This document shows, one piece after another, positions 62,614 to 64,000 of a stretch of 64,000 bases of DNA. The stretch is from an uncultured Candidatus Entotheonella sp. (GTDB lineage Bacteria > Tectomicrobia > Entotheonellia > Entotheonellales > Entotheonellaceae), in contig OZ244252.1 in NCBI GenBank assembly GCA_965217185.1, positions 2,144,001 to 2,208,000 on the forward strand, written 5' to 3'. The notes under the pieces are model-generated. The model saw nothing but the letters and a program-made list of their open reading frames with translations, made no database searches and was not told the DNA's origin. The position numbers were made by a program, and so were the translations under genes. Positions within the stretch are counted from its first letter, which is position 1, and each line of letters starts with the position of its first letter.

Positions 62614-64000
62614 CTACACCCTTCTTCTGTCAAATGTCGTCTTTTTCCCGGTGCCGTATAACGTCAGGGCGCCGTCCTCGCCGACGGCGTTGGGGCGCTG
62701 GAAAATCCAGTTCTGCCACGCGCTCAAACGGCCGAAAATCTTGCTTTCCATGGTTTCTGGGCCGCCGAAGCGCAGACTCCCCTCCATGCCCGTCAACGCG
62801 TCCGGCGAGAAACTCGCACGCTCCTCCAATGCCAGGCGCACCTCGTCTTGCCAATCGATATCGTCGGGGATAAACGTCACGAGCCCAAGCGCATCGGCTT
62901 CTTGCGCGTCGACGGCTTCTCCCGTCCGAGTTTGCAAATACGCGACGTGTTCAGCATCGGACAGAAAGCGGCTTTGCAGCCGCGTCAAGCCATTCACCAT
63001 CGGAAACGGTCCGAAATTCAACGGCGAGAGCCGGACCGTAGCCGGGGGCAATTCGCTCTCTTCAAAAATTCCGTCCAGCATATAAACGCGGTCTGCCGCC
63101 AGCACCAATTCCAGCAATAGTCCGGCAAAGCAACTCCCCGGCTCGACCAAGGCCATCAGGCTGCGGGAACTGACCTCCAGCCGTTTGAGCGTGCGCTTCC
63201 AGTACAGCCGGATTTCACGTACCAGCCAGTTGTCAGCCTGGTCGATCAGCGTTTTCTCCACCGCCTCCACCGCTGCATGCGCACCCTCGCTGCGAAACAC
63301 CCAGGTGCCGATTTCGCCTTCGTTCAGGCGCAGATGCAGGATCGCGTCGTCGAGCGCCCGTGTCATGGCCACCAGCCACCACGACGCCCCGGCCTGGCAA
63401 ATGGTCTCCAGAGTTGCCGGCGTCGCATCAACCGGCCCTTGAATCGTCAACGTCGCCGCGGCCAATTCCCGATCGATATCGACTGTCAAGGTGTCATAGC
63501 AGATACGGTCGGCCTCGATGGTACGGGACAGCGGCGTCAGCGTCATAACCGTCGCCTCAGCCGGCCGATCCGATTGCGCGGCGCGTTCCAGGGCCCGCGC
63601 GTGGACCACCTCATCAAAACGGGAGCGCGGCGCCAGAGCATCGACAAGATGCCACGCCAGAGCTCGCTGGCCCCGCAAGCCCTCGGACGTGGTACAGAAA
63701 AAATCGGCGCGATCATGCCGGACACAGCGTTTGTCAACGAGCCGCGTCAAGCCGCCCGTCCCGGGCAGCACTGCCAGCAGCGGCAACTCCGGAAGGGACA
63801 CCGCACTCGCCCCGTCGTCAATGAGAACGATGTCGTCACACGCCAGGGCGAGCTCATAGCCGCCCCCCGACGCCGTGCCATTGACGGCGCAGAGGTACGT
63901 CTGCCCTGAGTATTCAGTGGCGTCTTCGATGCTATTTCTCGTTTCGTTGGTGAACTTGCAAAAATTGACTTTGTGGGTGTGTGAGGCGCTGCCGAGCATG
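62614..64000 (-). CDS. boxC: 2,3-epoxybenzoyl-CoA dihydrolase (5'-truncated by the window edge)
   Basis: H..KVNFCKFTNETRN, VLPGTGGLTR, IFGRLSAWQNWIFQRPNAVG. Confidence 0.93.
   Translation of the reverse strand, partial: MLGSASHTHKVNFCKFTNETRNSIEDATEYSGQTYLCAVNGTASGGGYELALACDDIVLIDDGASAVSLPELPLLAVLPGTGGLTRLVDKRCVRHDRADFFCTTSEGLRGQRALAWHLVDALAPRSRFDEVVHARALERAAQSDRPAEATVMTLTPLSRTIEADRICYDTLTVDIDRELAAATLTIQGPVDATPATLETICQAGASWWLVAMTRALDDAILHLRLNEGEIGTWVFRSEGAHAAVEAVEKTLIDQADNWLVREIRLYWKRTLKRLEVSSRSLMALVEPGSCFAGLLLELVLAADRVYMLDGIFEESELPPATVRLSPLNFGPFPMVNGLTRLQSRFLSDAEHVAYLQTRTGEAVDAQEADALGLVTFIPDDIDWQDEVRLALEERASFSPDALTGMEGSLRFGGPETMESKIFGRLSAWQNWIFQRPNAVGEDGALTLYGTGKKTTFDRRRV

Overview
GC-rich bacterial window that mixes housekeeping and catabolic genes with defence and mobile DNA. 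Left to right: a defence-island tail (AAA_21 ATPase + DUF4276-like partner, DUF433, DUF499 ATPase); a TonB-dependent uptake operon; two HpcH aldolases; a DDE IS; a lower-GC lipoprotein operon (COG3014-YcfL, LpoB, CsgG-like); a haem-oxygenase-like oxidase + ferrochelatase pair; a decaying lipid-modification cluster; a BglII/BstYI-like Type II R-M pair; an amidase and an oxidoreductase; a Type III R-M locus; panB; two defective IS5 copies; ABC transporter genes; a decaying imuB-dnaE2 cassette; and boxC-boxB-benzoate-CoA ligase. The most striking signal is a set of hairpin- or inverted-repeat-bounded inserts that sit inside protein-coding genes and keep the host frame open. (1) The Type III mod gene carries an overprinted four-helix-bundle (23S-IVS/Avd-like) gene bracketed by inverted 7-bp tandem arrays, and the repeat count decides whether full-length Mod is made. 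(2) The same gene carries an in-frame DUF559 domain between perfect 33-bp inverted repeats. (3) A 24-bp hairpin mini-element is inserted in frame at GAC^YTG three times: in a transposase, in dnaE2, and inside its own dnaE2 copy. All family assignments are from motif recognition, not database searches.
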